A stretch of DNA of 64,000 nucleotides from Lingula anatina (taxonomy: Eukaryota > Animalia > Brachiopoda): contig CM120647.1 of the NCBI GenBank assembly GCA_051362555.1, positions 1,364,001 to 1,428,000 of the forward strand, read 5' to 3'. This document shows positions 50,911 through 64,000 of the stretch, one piece after another. Position 1 is the first letter of the stretch. The number at the start of each line of letters is the position of its first letter. Made by a program: the position numbers and the translations under genes. A model generated the notes under the pieces. It saw only the letters and a program-made list of their open reading frames with translations, did not search any database and had not been told where the DNA came from.

Positions 50911-53900
50911 CCCTTACCAAAATTTCCTATAGGATCCTATAGGATCCTATAGGAAATCTTATAGGATCCTATAGGGCACCTTTCCTATAGGATTTCCTAT
51001 AGGATCCTATAGGAAATTGTTGTAAGTTAAAATCTTGAGAAAAATACATATCTTATAAACAAATATCATTCTAAACAAAAGATATTTGATATAGGTCAAT
51101 TTTATCAGTGGAATTGTCAATTATATATCACTGTTAAAGCAAAAATGCTTTCTATTGTTTATAATGCACAATCTTATAGTCATCTATAGGATTCTATAGA
51201 AATTCTTTAATTTCTATTTTAAAGAAATCTTGAAAAATTGATCATTTGTAAAGTAATCTTTTATGGAGAAATATTTTATCATTAGGAATGTTTTTGTACC
51301 AAATAGTCCGGTTGCTTAGGGCAAAAAAATGGCCAAATCGTGACACAGCGGATAAAAGCACCAAATTTTGCATGTGGGTACCTTTTGACATACTAAATCA
51401 AATTAGAGCCGTAGCCCACGGAAAAAAAAATTACCGTTTGGCCAAAAAATCCAAAATGGCTGCCAATTTGTGAAATTTTGTGGAAATATATACATATCTG
51501 TGTTGATTTTTATCAAATTAAGTATTTTCTCAATGTTTTCCACATCTTTATTACACATATTATGCATATGTGTCAGATAACAAACAAATGTCCTTGGACT
51601 TATTGAAAAATCCAAGATGACATATCCGTATGACATAGGAATACTAGAACATGTACAAGGGTTTTCAACTAACTAATGCCAACTAGGAAGATGCATTGCC
51701 CACTATCTAATTAATTTTGTTTCTTATTACAAAATAATATATTTGTGGTGAGTAACTAACCTTTATTCACAGGCAATTTGAGAAAAATCCAAGATTGCCC
51801 CTTTATATCAAAGGAATACAAGTATACACATAGGGCTTCTTCTGCCATGGAGATATAATATTAATTGATAAATTAGGTTTGTTTCTGAGTATTTTCCACA
51901 TCTTTTTAATTTACATAATACATATGTGATGAGAATGTTATGTGTATCCTTTTTGAAAACAAAACAAAACAAAATGGCTGCCATTAGCCATAGAAGGTGG
52001 GGTTCAGTTAATACCTGCTAGAGATAGGCTTACAAATAAAATGAAGCTGAATTCAGTTGTTCTTCTGTTTTTTTTTTTTTTTTAGTATTATTATCCCATG
52101 ATACATATCTGTTAGGTAATTAATGTCCATATTTTATCATTTTGGAGAAATCCAAGATGGCCTTCTTTTCCCCATAGAAAAACTGGTGCATTAGATTTTA
52201 TAGGCACTTCTAAGGCAAATGAGGGTAATCATGATATTTTTTCAAAATACTTTAGGGTATACACTTGTTACTCACCAGATAGATATCTAAAAGTCCAAAA
52301 GGAATGTGGGAAATACCGAGAAACAAAATTCATTTTATATTGAACCCAATGTCTCTCTGACAGTAGTTGACTGTACTATTCCTATTGTGAATTGCAGCAA
52401 TCTTGAATTTCCTCAAATACGCAAGATGCACACTTGCTACACACCAGATTTATAAAGAGTAAGGTTAATAAGGATGTCAACATGTTTAAACATCAAACGG
52501 CTTTATTTCATGTTGGAATCAATGTCTGAACTGTTCTATTAATTGACACCTATGTGCATTTGAATGATATTCCTATGACAACTGGCAGCTATCTTGGGTT
52601 TTCTCCGAATAATACTCAAGGATACATACACTTTCAAAACACTAAGAGTCTTTCATAAGGATAAATAGGATATGAAAAACATTTAAAAACGACCCAAAGT
52701 TAACGACATTTAAATCGTACTCAGTGTATCTCTAGCATTATATGATTATGCGTTCGAATATTCTAATGACAAAAGGCAGACATCTTGAATTTTTTCAGAA
52801 TACCCAAAGATACACACATGCTACAGACTAGGTATACATCATAGGGGTAATAATAAATGGAATGAAAATCAAAGATTATTTTTAAAACAAACCCATGGAA
52901 ATGTAATTGTATAATGAACCATATGCCTCTCTAGCAGCAATTGAAACCCACTCATTAGTATTCCAATGTTAAATTGTAGGTATCTTTTTCTCAGAATATC
53001 CAAGGATGCACACTTTTTACCCACCAGATATATATCATAGGACTAATAAGGATGGGCAAAACTTGATAAGCAAACACAAATTCACCCTGGTAGTAGATGA
53101 AAAGCCATGGATGTGCAGTTGTAATTCCAGTAGTATTCCTATGGCCAGTGACGGCCATCTTGGGTTTTCTCAAAATGATCAGATATGCACATTTATTACC
53201 TGCTAGATATGTATCACAGTGTAATAATAATGTGTAAAACACTAAAAAAAAATAAACTGAATTTGATAGTGAATTAGTTGGCATTAGTTCCAACCCTTTG
53301 TAATACTAAAAGTATTCCTATTACATATGACGGCCATCTTGGATTTTCTCAAAATGCCCAAGAATACTGTTACTTACTCACCACATACATATTGTGTGGG
53401 TAGAAAGGATGTGGAAAACACTCAGAAACCAGCTTAATTTGATAGTGAAAAACTAATCTTTCCAGTTGCCATTAGTTGAATCCCCCGTATACTAGAATTC
53501 CTGTGGCACGTGGCAGCCATCTTGGATTTTCCAAAATGCCCAAGAACACTTCGTAGTTACTCACCACAAACATATTACGTGGGTAACAAAGATCTGAGAA
53601 ACAGACTTAATTTGATAGTGGACAACGTATCGTTCTAGCTGGTAATAGTTGTGCACTAGTATTCCTATGGTTGTTCCTATGGCAAATGACAGCCATCTTG
53701 GATTTTTTCAAAAAGTCCAAGGGAACTTGTTTGCTATCTGACATATATGAATAAAATGGGTAATAAGGGTGTGGAAAGCTCTGAGAAAATACTTAATTTG
53801 ATAAAAATCAGCATAGGTATGTACATAATTCTAAAGAATTCAATAAATTGGCGGCCATTTTGGATTTTTTGGCCAAACGGTAAATTGTTGCCGTGGGCTA

Positions 53901-55453
53901 CGGCTCTAATTTGATTTAGAATGTCAAAAGGTACCCACATGCAAAATTTGGTGCTTTTATCCGCCGTGTCACGATTTTTTCCTTAAGCCACCGGACTAAA
54001 ATCATTGAAGCTGAAATTATTTTTTAAAATTTATGTTCAGACCATTACAATAATTCCTATAGGATCCTATAGGAAATCTTATAGGATCCTATAGGAAATC
54101 CTATAGGAAATCTTATAGGATCCTATAGGAAATCCAATAGGAAATCCTATAGGATCCTATAGGAAATCTTATAGGATCCTATAGGAAATCTTATAGGAAC
54201 CTATAGGAAATCCTATGCTAATTCATACAGGGAATTTTTATAAGGGCGGCTTGAATGAAAAATAATGAATCTGGTTTAAATATCAGTATATGATTTTGAT
54301 TTTTAATATATGTTCAGAACATTACAAAAATTCCTATAGGATCCTATAGGAAATCTTATAGGAATTTCTATAGGAACCTATAGGAAATCCTATGCTAATT
54401 CATACAGGGAATTTTTATAAGGGCGGCTTGAATTAAAATAATGAATCTAGTCTAAATATTAGTATGTAATTTTTATTTTTTATTTATGTTCATACCATTA
54501 CAAAAATTCCTTTAGGATCCTATAGGAAATCTAATAGGAATTTCTATAGGAACGTATAGGAAATCCTATGCTAATTCATATAGGAAATTTTTATAAGGCC
54601 AGGTTATATGATAAATAATGAAACTGGTCTAAATATCAGTATATAATTTTAAACATATTTTCAGACCATTACAAAAATTCCTATAGGATCCTATACGAAA
54701 TCTTATAGGAATTTCTATAGGAACCTATGATAATTCATATAGTGATTTTTTATAAAGCTGGGTTGAATGAAAAATAATGAAACTGGTCTTAATATCAGTA
54801 TATAATGTATTTTTACTTTTTGTGTGATCATATTCACTTACTTCATATTTTTTCTATTATATTGAACGTCAACCTTATCTAATCGGATTTTACTTGACCT
54901 TGGCTGTTTTAAAAAGTGAAAATGCAATCCTGCCTAATATATAAAATATAATGTAAAAGTATAAGTGAACATTATGGGTATAGTAATGTCCCTCATAAAG
55001 GATGGGAAATGGGGACAAATTAAAATAATATAAAGATACATTATAAATCATGCTCAATCACTTGTAAGGTTTAACAGTCAACTGATGTTAGCTAGAGAAT
55101 GCCCTACTCCACCAGCCATAACCACATATTCAACAACTGTGAATTTCTTTTGTTAGCCTGGCACCTATTATTAGGTCACTACTCCTGTGGCTATTGTTAC
55201 ACTAGTAACAGTAACCGCCTATTAGGTGTTATCAGATGTGTGGTATCCTGTCTAAGTCTTTGTTTGCTTTGAGACAAGCAGCAAATGAGTATACAGCTAT
55301 CAAGACAGTTTAAATTCAGGAGCATAGTGGAAGGGTACAGAGTGTAGAAAAATCGGATTGAGGAAGGTATGTATTACAGTAATGCACTGGATCATCTAAT
55401 CAAATTGAAAATGAGATAATTAATTGATCTAATTTGTAGTGTACCTTCTAAAC

Positions 55454-55516
<63 letters not shown>

Positions 55517-56252
55517 CATTAAACAAGTTATATATTATAATGAAGAAAAAAGGATACATAATGCAATCATTGTTTAGTCTCTTTATTTATTATAGGATAA
55601 AAACTGTGATCAATTGTTCATATTTCTTTAAATGCAGTTGAATCTAAAAAAAATGACATTTCATTTAACTTTTGGTTCGTGATTTATTAAAAATTATCTA
55701 TTTAATGTTATCCACAACTGCCTCCAAGGGACCATCATGATATATAACTGAGGAAGACCCATGCTAATAAATAACATACAATTAACATGTTAGAGGGGCT
55801 GTCAGGGCAAATTTCATTACCTCACACGTTCTTCAGGATCGTTTATTTGCCAAGTTTTCTTTCCCTTTAATTTCTTTTCAACCCTTAATGTGAGGTAAAC
55901 ACCATAGTTTGTTTTAAAATATTTTTTGCTAACTTATACATAACGGAAATGAAATGTGCATTGTGAAAATCTGACCATTTTGCTTACACAAAAGCTATAA
56001 ATTTTAACTTGGGGATTGCTTTTTTGTGGTTTGGGCTGATGATTTAGGTCAAGCAAAGACTGGTGAGAATAGGGGATTACTGTTTACCCTCGGAAATGAG
56101 TTTTCTTATAGTTTTTCGGACTTTTTTGGCCCTGGCAGCTCTGTAATGGCATATTTAACCAGAGTAGAGTTTTCTCCAATGCAAATTTCTGCATTTTAAA
56201 ATGCGTTTCTGATTGTTCCTGTGGACTTGGTCCTATGAAATATGTTAATGTT

Positions 56253-56338
<86 letters not shown>

Positions 56339-56923
56339 CAAATTATCCAGCTTTAATACCTTGTCTTTGAAAAAATTCAGTAAACTAATAAAGGCTATGA
56401 ATTGCTCAAAATAGAATTGGTGCAATGATTATTATTGATCTCATTAGAAAATTTTTCCTTCATCATTTTGCATTTTTGTAGATATGTACAATTAATTGAA
56501 ATTCACAATGTCTATCTTTCAGAATACATCTGCAAATGGTTCAACACAACTCAGGCAGAGGTTAGGAAGGCCATCACAGTAAAGTTGAACAATGTGCAAA
56601 AGACTTTTGTCTGAAATTCTTCAATTATTAAGTGACTAAAGCAGTATGCTGACAATGGACATGGTCTGGCCAAGGGAGGTTTTAGCCACTCATTCTGGCA
56701 GGAGTTCAAACTCACACAAGAAACAGACAGTGACGCCACAGCTTGACAAGACGTATTGGATACTTTTGATAACTTATAGAACTTTTTCCTATAGGATCCT
56801 ATAGGAAAAAGGGACAATTTCCTATAGGATCCTATAGGAAATCCTATAGGAAATCTTATAGGATCCTATAGGAAATCTTATAGGAAATCCTATAGGAAAT
56901 CCTATAGGAAATTTTCGTAAGGG
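50911..56923 (+). mobile_element. CCCTTAC-ended non-autonomous element with CCTATAGG subterminal arrays, copy 1 (both ends present, carries a 2.7-kb insertion)
   Basis: Ends cccttaccaaaatttcctatagg / cctataggaaattttcgtaaggg; internal ~172-bp tandem units at 54040-54800. Confidence 0.75.
51304..53998 (+). mobile_element. Inner 2.7-kb non-autonomous DNA transposon, TAG...CTA ends, 3-bp TSD AAA (Academ-like)
   Basis: tagtccggttgcttagg / cttaagccaccggacta with several hundred bp of imperfect TIR. The uninterrupted site accaaatcattg survives in the sister arm (about 59545-59556, -), fixing the TSD as AAA. The superfamily call is from termini and TSD only. Confidence 0.8.
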
Positions 56924-57112
56924 AATGATCATTGAAAAAATTAACAATGATAATATATAACCTTCCACCTGAAACGCAATTAACGCAAGTGTCAAGATGA
57001 CATCAAGCTCTAGTCTTGCTAGCATGCCATACTAATTTCAGCTTATCTGCAATTATATATTTGTGCATCAGTTAAAGTTAAATACCTTGATTTCGGCTTA
57101 TCTACAGTTCGA

Positions 57113-59935
57113 ACTCCTGCCAGAATAAGTGGCTAAAACCTCCCTTGGCCAGACCGTGTCCATTGTCAGCATACTGCTTTAGTCATTTAATAATTGAAGA
57201 ATTTCAGACAAAAGTCTTTTGCACATTGTTCAATTTTACTGTGATAAGTCTTTTGCACATTGTTCAACTTTACTGTGATAACCTTCTTAACCTCCGTCTG
57301 AGTTGCGTTGAACCATTTGCAGACGTATTCTGAAATAAAGACATTGTGAATTTCAATTAATTGTACATGTCTACAAAAATGCAAAATAATGAAGGAAAAA
57401 ATTTCTGAGATCAATAATAATCATTGCACCAATTCTATTTTGAGCAATTAATAGCCTTTATTAGTTAACTGAATTTTTTTCAAAGACAAGGTATTAAAGC
57501 TGGATAATTTGTAAAAAAAATATAAAGAACATGAACATATTTCATAGGACCAAGTCCACAGGAACAATCAGAAAAGAATTTTAAAATGCAGAAATCCGCA
57601 GTGGAGAAAACTCTACTCTGGTAAAATATGCAATTGGGCCATTACAGAGCTGCCAGGGCCAAAAAAGTCCCAAAAACTCATAGAAAACTCATTTCCGAGG
57701 GTAAACGGTAATTCCCTATTCTCACCAGTCTTTGCTTGACCTAAATCATCAGTCCAAACCACAAAAAAGCAACCCCCAAATTAAATTTTATAGCTTTTAT
57801 GTAAGCAAAATGGCCAGATTTTCACAATGCACATTTCATTTCCATTATGTATAGGTTAGCAAAAAATATTTTAAAACAAACTATGGTGTTTACCTGGTGT
57901 TTATATTAAGGGTTGAAAAGAAATTAAAGGGAAAGAAAACTTGGCAAATAAACGATCCTGAAGAACATGTGAGGTAATAAAATTTGCCCTGACAGCCTCC
58001 CTGACATGTTAATTGTATGTTATTTATTAGCATGGGTCCTTTTCAGTTATATATATCATGATGGTCCCTTGGAGGCAGTTGTGGATAACATTAAATAGAT
58101 AATTTTTAATAAATCACAAACCAAAAGTTCAATGAAATGTAAAGTTTTTTTAGGTTCAACTGCATTTAAAGAAATATGAGCAATTGATCACAGTTTTATA
58201 AGAAATAAAGAGACTAAACAATGATTGCATTATGTATCCTTGTTTCTTCATTATAAATTATAACTTGTTCAATGTAATATAGATATGTTGTTTACAAGGT
58301 AAACTACAAATTAGATCAAATAATTATCGCATTTTCAATTTGATTAGATGCCCAAATGATCCAATGCATTACTGTAATACATACCTTCCTCAATCAGATT
58401 CTTCTACACTCTGTACCCTTCCACTATGCTCCTGAATTTAAACTGCTACAGGAGTAGTGACCTAATAATAGGTGCCAGGCTAAGAAAAGAAATTCACAGT
58501 TGTTGAATCGGTGGTTATGGCTGGTGGAGTAGGGCATTCTCTAGCTAACATCAGTTGACTGTTAAACCTTACAAGTGATTGAGCATGGTTTATAATAAAA
58601 TGTGTCTTTATAAACATATTAATTTATCCTCGTTTCCCATCCTTTATGAGGGACAGTACTATACCCATGCTGTTCGCACTTATGCTTTTACATTATATTT
58701 TATATATTAGGCAGAATTGCACTTTCACTTTTTAAAACAGCCAAGGTCAGGTAAAATCTGATTAGAAAAGGTTGACTTTCAATATAATAGAAGAAATATG
58801 AAGTAAGTGAATATTATGATCACACAAAAAGTAAAAATATATTATATACTGATATTAAGACCAGTTTCATTATTTTTCATTTAACCCGGCTTTATAAAAA
58901 ATCACTGTATCGAATTAGCATAGGATTTCCTATCGAAATTCCTATAAGATTTCCTATAGGATCCTATAGGAATTTTAGAATGGTCTGAACATAAATTAAA
59001 AATTAAAATTATATAATGATATTTAGATTAGATTCATTATTTTTATTCAACCCGGCCTTATAAAAATTCCCTGTATGAATTAGCATAGGATTTCCTATAG
59101 GTTCCTATAGAAATTCCTATAAGATTTCCTATAGGATCCTATAGGAATTTTTGTAATGGTCTGAACATAAATTAAAAATCAAAATCATATACTGATATTT
59201 AAACCAGATTCATTATTTTTCGTTCAACCTTATAAAAATTCCTTAAACATACACATTTATACATATTGAATAAAGAATGTAAACATGATATTATCTTTTG
59301 TTTTGAGGGACCAGTGCTTATTACCAATTTTGCCAAAGATCCAACAATATATAAAAAGCTGTAAAAATATTCAAAGCAGTTAATATGAATTTCTATAGGT
59401 TCCTATAAGATTTCCTATAGGATCCTATAAGATTTCCTATAGGATCCTATAAGATTTCCTATAGGATCCTATAAGATTTCCTATAGGATCCTATAGGAAT
59501 TTTTGTAATGGTCTGAACATAAATTTAAAAAATAATTTCAGCTTCAATGATTTGGTAAAAAATCATTCCTAATGATAAAATATTTCTCCATAGAAGATTA
59601 CTTTACAAATGATCAATTTTTCAAGATTTCTTTAAAATATAAATTAAAGAATTTTTCTATAGAATCCTATAGAAGACTATAAGATTGTGCATTATAAACA
59701 ATAAAAAGCATTTTTGCTTTAATAGTGATATATAATTGACAATTCAACTGATAAGATTGACTTATATCAAATATCTATGGTTTAGAAAGATATTTGTTTA
59801 TAAGCTATGCATTTTTCTCAAGATTTTAACTTACAACAATTTCCTATAGGATCCTATAGGAAATCCTATAGGAAAGGTGCCCTATAGGATCCTATAAGAT
59901 TTCCTATAGGATCCTATAGGAAATTTTCGTAAGGG
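57113..59935 (-). mobile_element. CCCTTAC-ended element copy 2, inverted, lacking its distal end
   Basis: Reverse complement of 50911-51303 plus 53999-56708, with scattered substitutions and indels. Confidence 0.8.
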
Positions 59936-60749
59936 TTGGTAAGCAGAAAAAATTTAAAAGAGGGTTTGAGGCTAGTTGCGCCTCAATGCTAGGCCAAATT
60001 GCCCATGTTGCATAGATTTATAAAATCTAACGACTGCATCGAGCTGTTGTCGAAGATGGATCGATAGTATGACGGTTGCTGTCACGGGTAGCAAGCAACG
60101 GAATTTCCTTTTTTTTTTGTGTGTATCTTAAAAAGTTAACAAGAAAATCGAAAGAGCGCATGTAGCAACAAGTAATTCAAAGGAGAACGCGTATTTCAAG
60201 CAAATCCAATGTGTCGAAAAAGATTCATCTTAGCGCTGAACACAAATAAGAGCGACTATCAAAACAGCTTAAGCAGAACAATAGGCACCACATTGCCGAT
60301 CGCTGTTATGACAAAGGGGGCATGGCGCATCCCTGTCCTATTGTTTCTCTAGTCGTGCTAATGCTGCAAAGGTCCGACAACCGAGTTTACCCATGCCAAC
60401 GGCCCTTGATAACGAAGGCGGGGCATAGACCAGGCCACCGGTGCCGATGTGTGCAGCATCAGAATCCTCAGAAAAAACATATTTTGTTCAAAATTGTATT
60501 CTGTTAAACGTTAGATACACATTTAACCAATATTTAGACATAAAAACCAAAAATTACGATTTTTATCCATATTTGGGTAAATCTATCCCTTAAGTATTTT
60601 GACATAAAATCATGATTACCCTGATTTGCCTTAGAAGTGCCTATAAAATCCAAGGCACCAGTTTTCCTATAGGAAAAAGAAGGCCATCTTGGATTTCCCC
60701 AAAATAATTAAATATGGACATTAATTACCTAACATATATTTATCAAGGG

Positions 60750-60798
<49 letters not shown>

Positions 60799-61755
60799 CT
60801 GAATTTAGCTTCATTTTATATGGAAGCCTATCTCCCGCAGGTATTAACTGAACCCCGCCTTCTATGGCTAATGGCAGCCATTTTGTTTTGTTTTGTTTTC
60901 AAAAAGGATACTATTAACATTCTCAGAAGAAGCCCTATGTGTGTATAGTGTTCCTTTGGTATGGCGGCCATCTTGGATTTTTCTCGAAAAGCCTGAGAAT
61001 AAAGGTTAGTTACTCACCACAAATATATTATAAGGCACTCAGAAACAAAATAAATTAGATAGTGGGCAATGCATCTTCCTACTTGGCATTAGTTGAAAAC
61101 CCTTGTACATGTTCTAGTATTCCTATGCCATACGGCGGCCATCTTGGATTTTTCAAAATGTCCACGGACACTCGTTTGTTATCTGACATATATGCATAAT
61201 ATGGGTAATAAGGATGTGGGAAAAATTGAGAAAATTCTTTATTTTATAAAAATCAACATAGGTATGTATATATTTCTACAAAATTTCACAAATTGGCGGC
61301 CATTTTGGATTTTTTGGCCAAACGGTAATTTTTCCGTGGGTTATGGGTCTAATTTGATTTAGTATGTCAAAAGGTACCCACATGCAAAATTTGATGCTTT
61401 TATCTGCCATGTCACGATTTGGCTTTTTTTTTTTTTTTTTTTTTTTTTTTTTCCTAAGCCACCGGACTATGTCACGGGGTTTTAGTAGTGGGTTTCTTCC
61501 CTTTATTTATGACGCTTTTTCGTCTTCGGGATCTGTGACACGGGGGTATATGAGGTAGGAAAAGAACAACAAAGTCCTGATCGTTCTTTAATCCAGGCAA
61601 GCGGGTTTTATTATATCATGGATGAGAGGTATAACCGAGTACGCCTTCTAAATTTTCTTTTCCTGTAGACCGGTTCTTCTCGGATAGTACAGGTACTTTT
61701 TTGAGACAATAGTGCTGCTAAAGGAACAAGCTAACGAATAACTGTCTAAGCGTAT

Positions 61756-62006
61756 TTAAACAGAATAATTTATAGGAACTGACGTGTTTTGTATTGATTA
61801 AATACACGAGGTAATGTAGAAAGCTTTTACACTAACACGGAAAACAATTTTTTATATTCTATTATAGCTTTATAGCATATCTAAAACATTAACCCCAGCT
61901 ACCTGTAAGTGAAGAACTAATAGCAGCTTAGATTAAATCAGCTGGTTTGCTCTCTCTATGCCGTCCGCGGTAGACTTAGAGTTGGCACATGAGGAAATCA
62001 TCGAAT
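61756..62006 (+). repeat. ~250-bp direct repeat, copy 2
   Basis: Highly similar to 48634-48877. Confidence 0.9.
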
Positions 62007-62536
62007 TGTACAAGGTGTTACGGAAAAACAGCTTTCTGAAAAAGTCAAAGATAAGAACATTTATACTTTTCAAAAGCACCTTCAATAATAATTCATATCT
62101 TAGGTTGTCCATGGGTAAGACATTAAGATTATTACTGTGCCAATTTAAATGCTGAATACTGCCGCTGAGACTATAGAGTGGCCGCTACGTGGGGGAAGAG
62201 GCTTCTCTCCGCCTTTGCTAATTGTGTGATAAGAGCATGGTTGAGAATGAGATTCAGTAGGCTTGTTAAGGACCAAAAATTGGCCAAACGCTGCATTTGT
62301 AGTTCAAATGTCTAACTTGGCATGAATGTTTTTTGGGCAAAACAATTTTTTATCCAAAGAGACACGCTATATCGATGCATTTATTAGCATAAATTATGCA
62401 AATTAGTTACCATCAATATTTGGCCTAAAACACGTATAGATCATCAAACCTGACTAAATTAGGGACAAGGAATCCATTTTTGATATTATGTAAGCAACTG
62501 GCGGCCATTTTGTGCCTCAAATCCAAGATGGCGGAT

Positions 62537-62738
62537 GGTAGCTTTGAGATGGACACCACCTGGAAAAAGAAAGAGAGGAAGGCCCAAGACCACCTGGCGC
62601 CGAACAGTGATGGCAGAGCTGAGGGAGGGGGGCCTTACATGGGGACAGGCCCAGCACGTAGCCAGAGACAGGGCCAAATGGAAAGAAGTGACTGTGGCCT
62701 TATGTTCCACATGGGACGAAGAGCACTGATGATGATGT
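62537..62738 (+). mobile_element. 5'-truncated RTE-clade LINE 3' end
   Basis: ALRWTPPGKRKRGRPKTTWRRTV...TW...ARDRAKWK...ALC, the typical RTE C-terminus, followed by a (TGA)n tail. Confidence 0.85.
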
Positions 62739-64000
62739 TGATTTTTGAAGCGTTCGACCTACATATATGTTGTATATAGATTTCTACTATTTTGGAGGTG
62801 CAAAAGTAATTTTCTATATTGTTTTGGTGATTGAAGTTGATTTGAAGGGGCTAAGAGGGTGTTTTAAGTGACTACCAAGTTATATATGTGTGAACGCTGC
62901 AAAAGCATGGATGTTGATAACCTGTCTTCAATACTTCAGTGCAATTTTCTTTATAAACCAACGATATTGGACAAAATTATGAGCGAGAAACTCTTTTTTA
63001 CCATTATGAAGGCCATTGGTGGCCATTTTATCCCTGAAATCCAAGATGGCCGCCAAAAATCATTTTGAAATTGAGCATAATTCGCCATTTTGAAACTTTA
63101 TGTATTACGTCTTTGTAAATGAGAAGTACGCTGTTTTTTATTTTTTCTGGTGCAGAATACATTTTTATTATTATCTGCTTCATAAAATGTGAGCACAAAC
63201 TATTTTAAGCCTCCAAAATCAATATACATGGAGGCTTAATTAAGTTATCACACAGACTTTACGTCATGTAGTATAATTAGTACAAAATGTTTCATAACAT
63301 CTTAAAGACCTTGAAACAAGTGCATGAAACCAAAATGGCTTAATTAAAGGTAAAGAACACTGGGGCAGACCCAGAGATATTTTCTGACAGTCTTCCAAAT
63401 TATCTTTATTGATCCATCCTCCATTTTTGACCGTCTTCCGACAGAAAAAATTAGATACCCGTCAATGTAAACTTGAAAATCTGACCGTCTAGAAGACCCA
63501 GAAGACAGCCAAAATCCGCCCCTGGAACACATACTTGGCGTTTTGGAGACAATAGAGGCTGTCCGGGTTCTCAACGAGAAGACCAAATTTCCCCGTGATT
63601 TTACGAGATCTGCCTTGAGGTGGGGTTAAAATATGGAGACCACAAGGAAGTAGAGCAGCGATTTCTTTACTTGAAAAATAGCTGAACTTACTCATTTTTT
63701 TAGCTACAGGCTTGTTCTTTTTTCACTTTATAAAGAAAAAGTATTGATATAATATGTACTTACAACTGACATGTTGAATTTGCCAAGCTAAGAGCCGATG
63801 ACGCTTGCAAAGCAAAATTCGCCCGGAGGACGTGCTACGCAGCAAAGGTCGCGTTAAACAGGCTACATCATCAGGAAAATGACATTAGTTACCATGCCCG
63901 TTGATACGCATGCCTTTTAGATGAAAGTGGCTAGGATTGAATGAGAATCGGACGGATGATGCCCCGGCAGCTTCCAATTATTCATGTGGCCAATGTTAAA

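Larger units (their letters stand above)
49163..61469 (-). mobile_element. Outer, interrupted copy of a (T)AGTCCGGTGGCTTAGG-ended DNA transposon (Academ-like), opposite orientation to the inner copy
   Basis: 49163-50060 and 50450-50910 are the reverse complement of 53120-53998 and 52455-52900. 60600-61469 is the reverse complement of 51304-52250. Flanks tat/tgt. Confidence 0.75.

Noticed and set aside
54050-54220. CRISPR-like appearance of the regular palindromic CCTATAGG repeats
   Set aside because: No unique spacers, no cas genes, eukaryotic context; these are transposon subterminal repeats.
50911-59935. Assembly artefact (read fold-back) as the cause of the long inverted repeat
   Set aside because: The arms differ by many substitutions, indels and a TSD-flanked insertion, whereas an artefact would be near-identical. 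Long-read confirmation is still desirable.
48634-62006. LTR retrotransposon bounded by the direct repeats
   Set aside because: No TG...CA ends, primer-binding site, polypurine tract or gag/pol remnants.
63344-63695. Overlapping minus-strand ORFs near the window end
   Set aside because: No recognizable domain or coherent splice structure; cannot be supported.

Overview
AT-rich, microsatellite-rich, intron-containing metazoan DNA. A mollusc-like invertebrate is my inference; the species cannot be read from the sequence. I reconstructed five spliced genes by hand. (1) The 3' end of a tetraspanin has three tandem paralogous alternative last exons (1-3531, +). (2) A complete 8-exon tetraspanin paralog encodes 310 aa (10862-15512, +). 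(3-4) A head-to-head pair of 3-exon genes, almost absent from the ORF track, encodes small secreted cationic 4-Cys proteins resembling anti-lipopolysaccharide factors (17938-19317 -, 92 aa; 20745-22179 +, 118 aa). (5) A 13-exon SLC20/PiT phosphate transporter encodes 549 aa (24812-40933, -) and needs two GC-AG introns. The window also holds an intact initiator tRNA-Met (47703-47774), a decayed copy of it, several MITEs and LINE fragments, and a ~12.3 kb nest of non-autonomous DNA transposons forming long inverted repeats (49163-61469). The best candidate for an undescribed system is the divergent ALF-like pair; the tetraspanin tail-switching exons come second.
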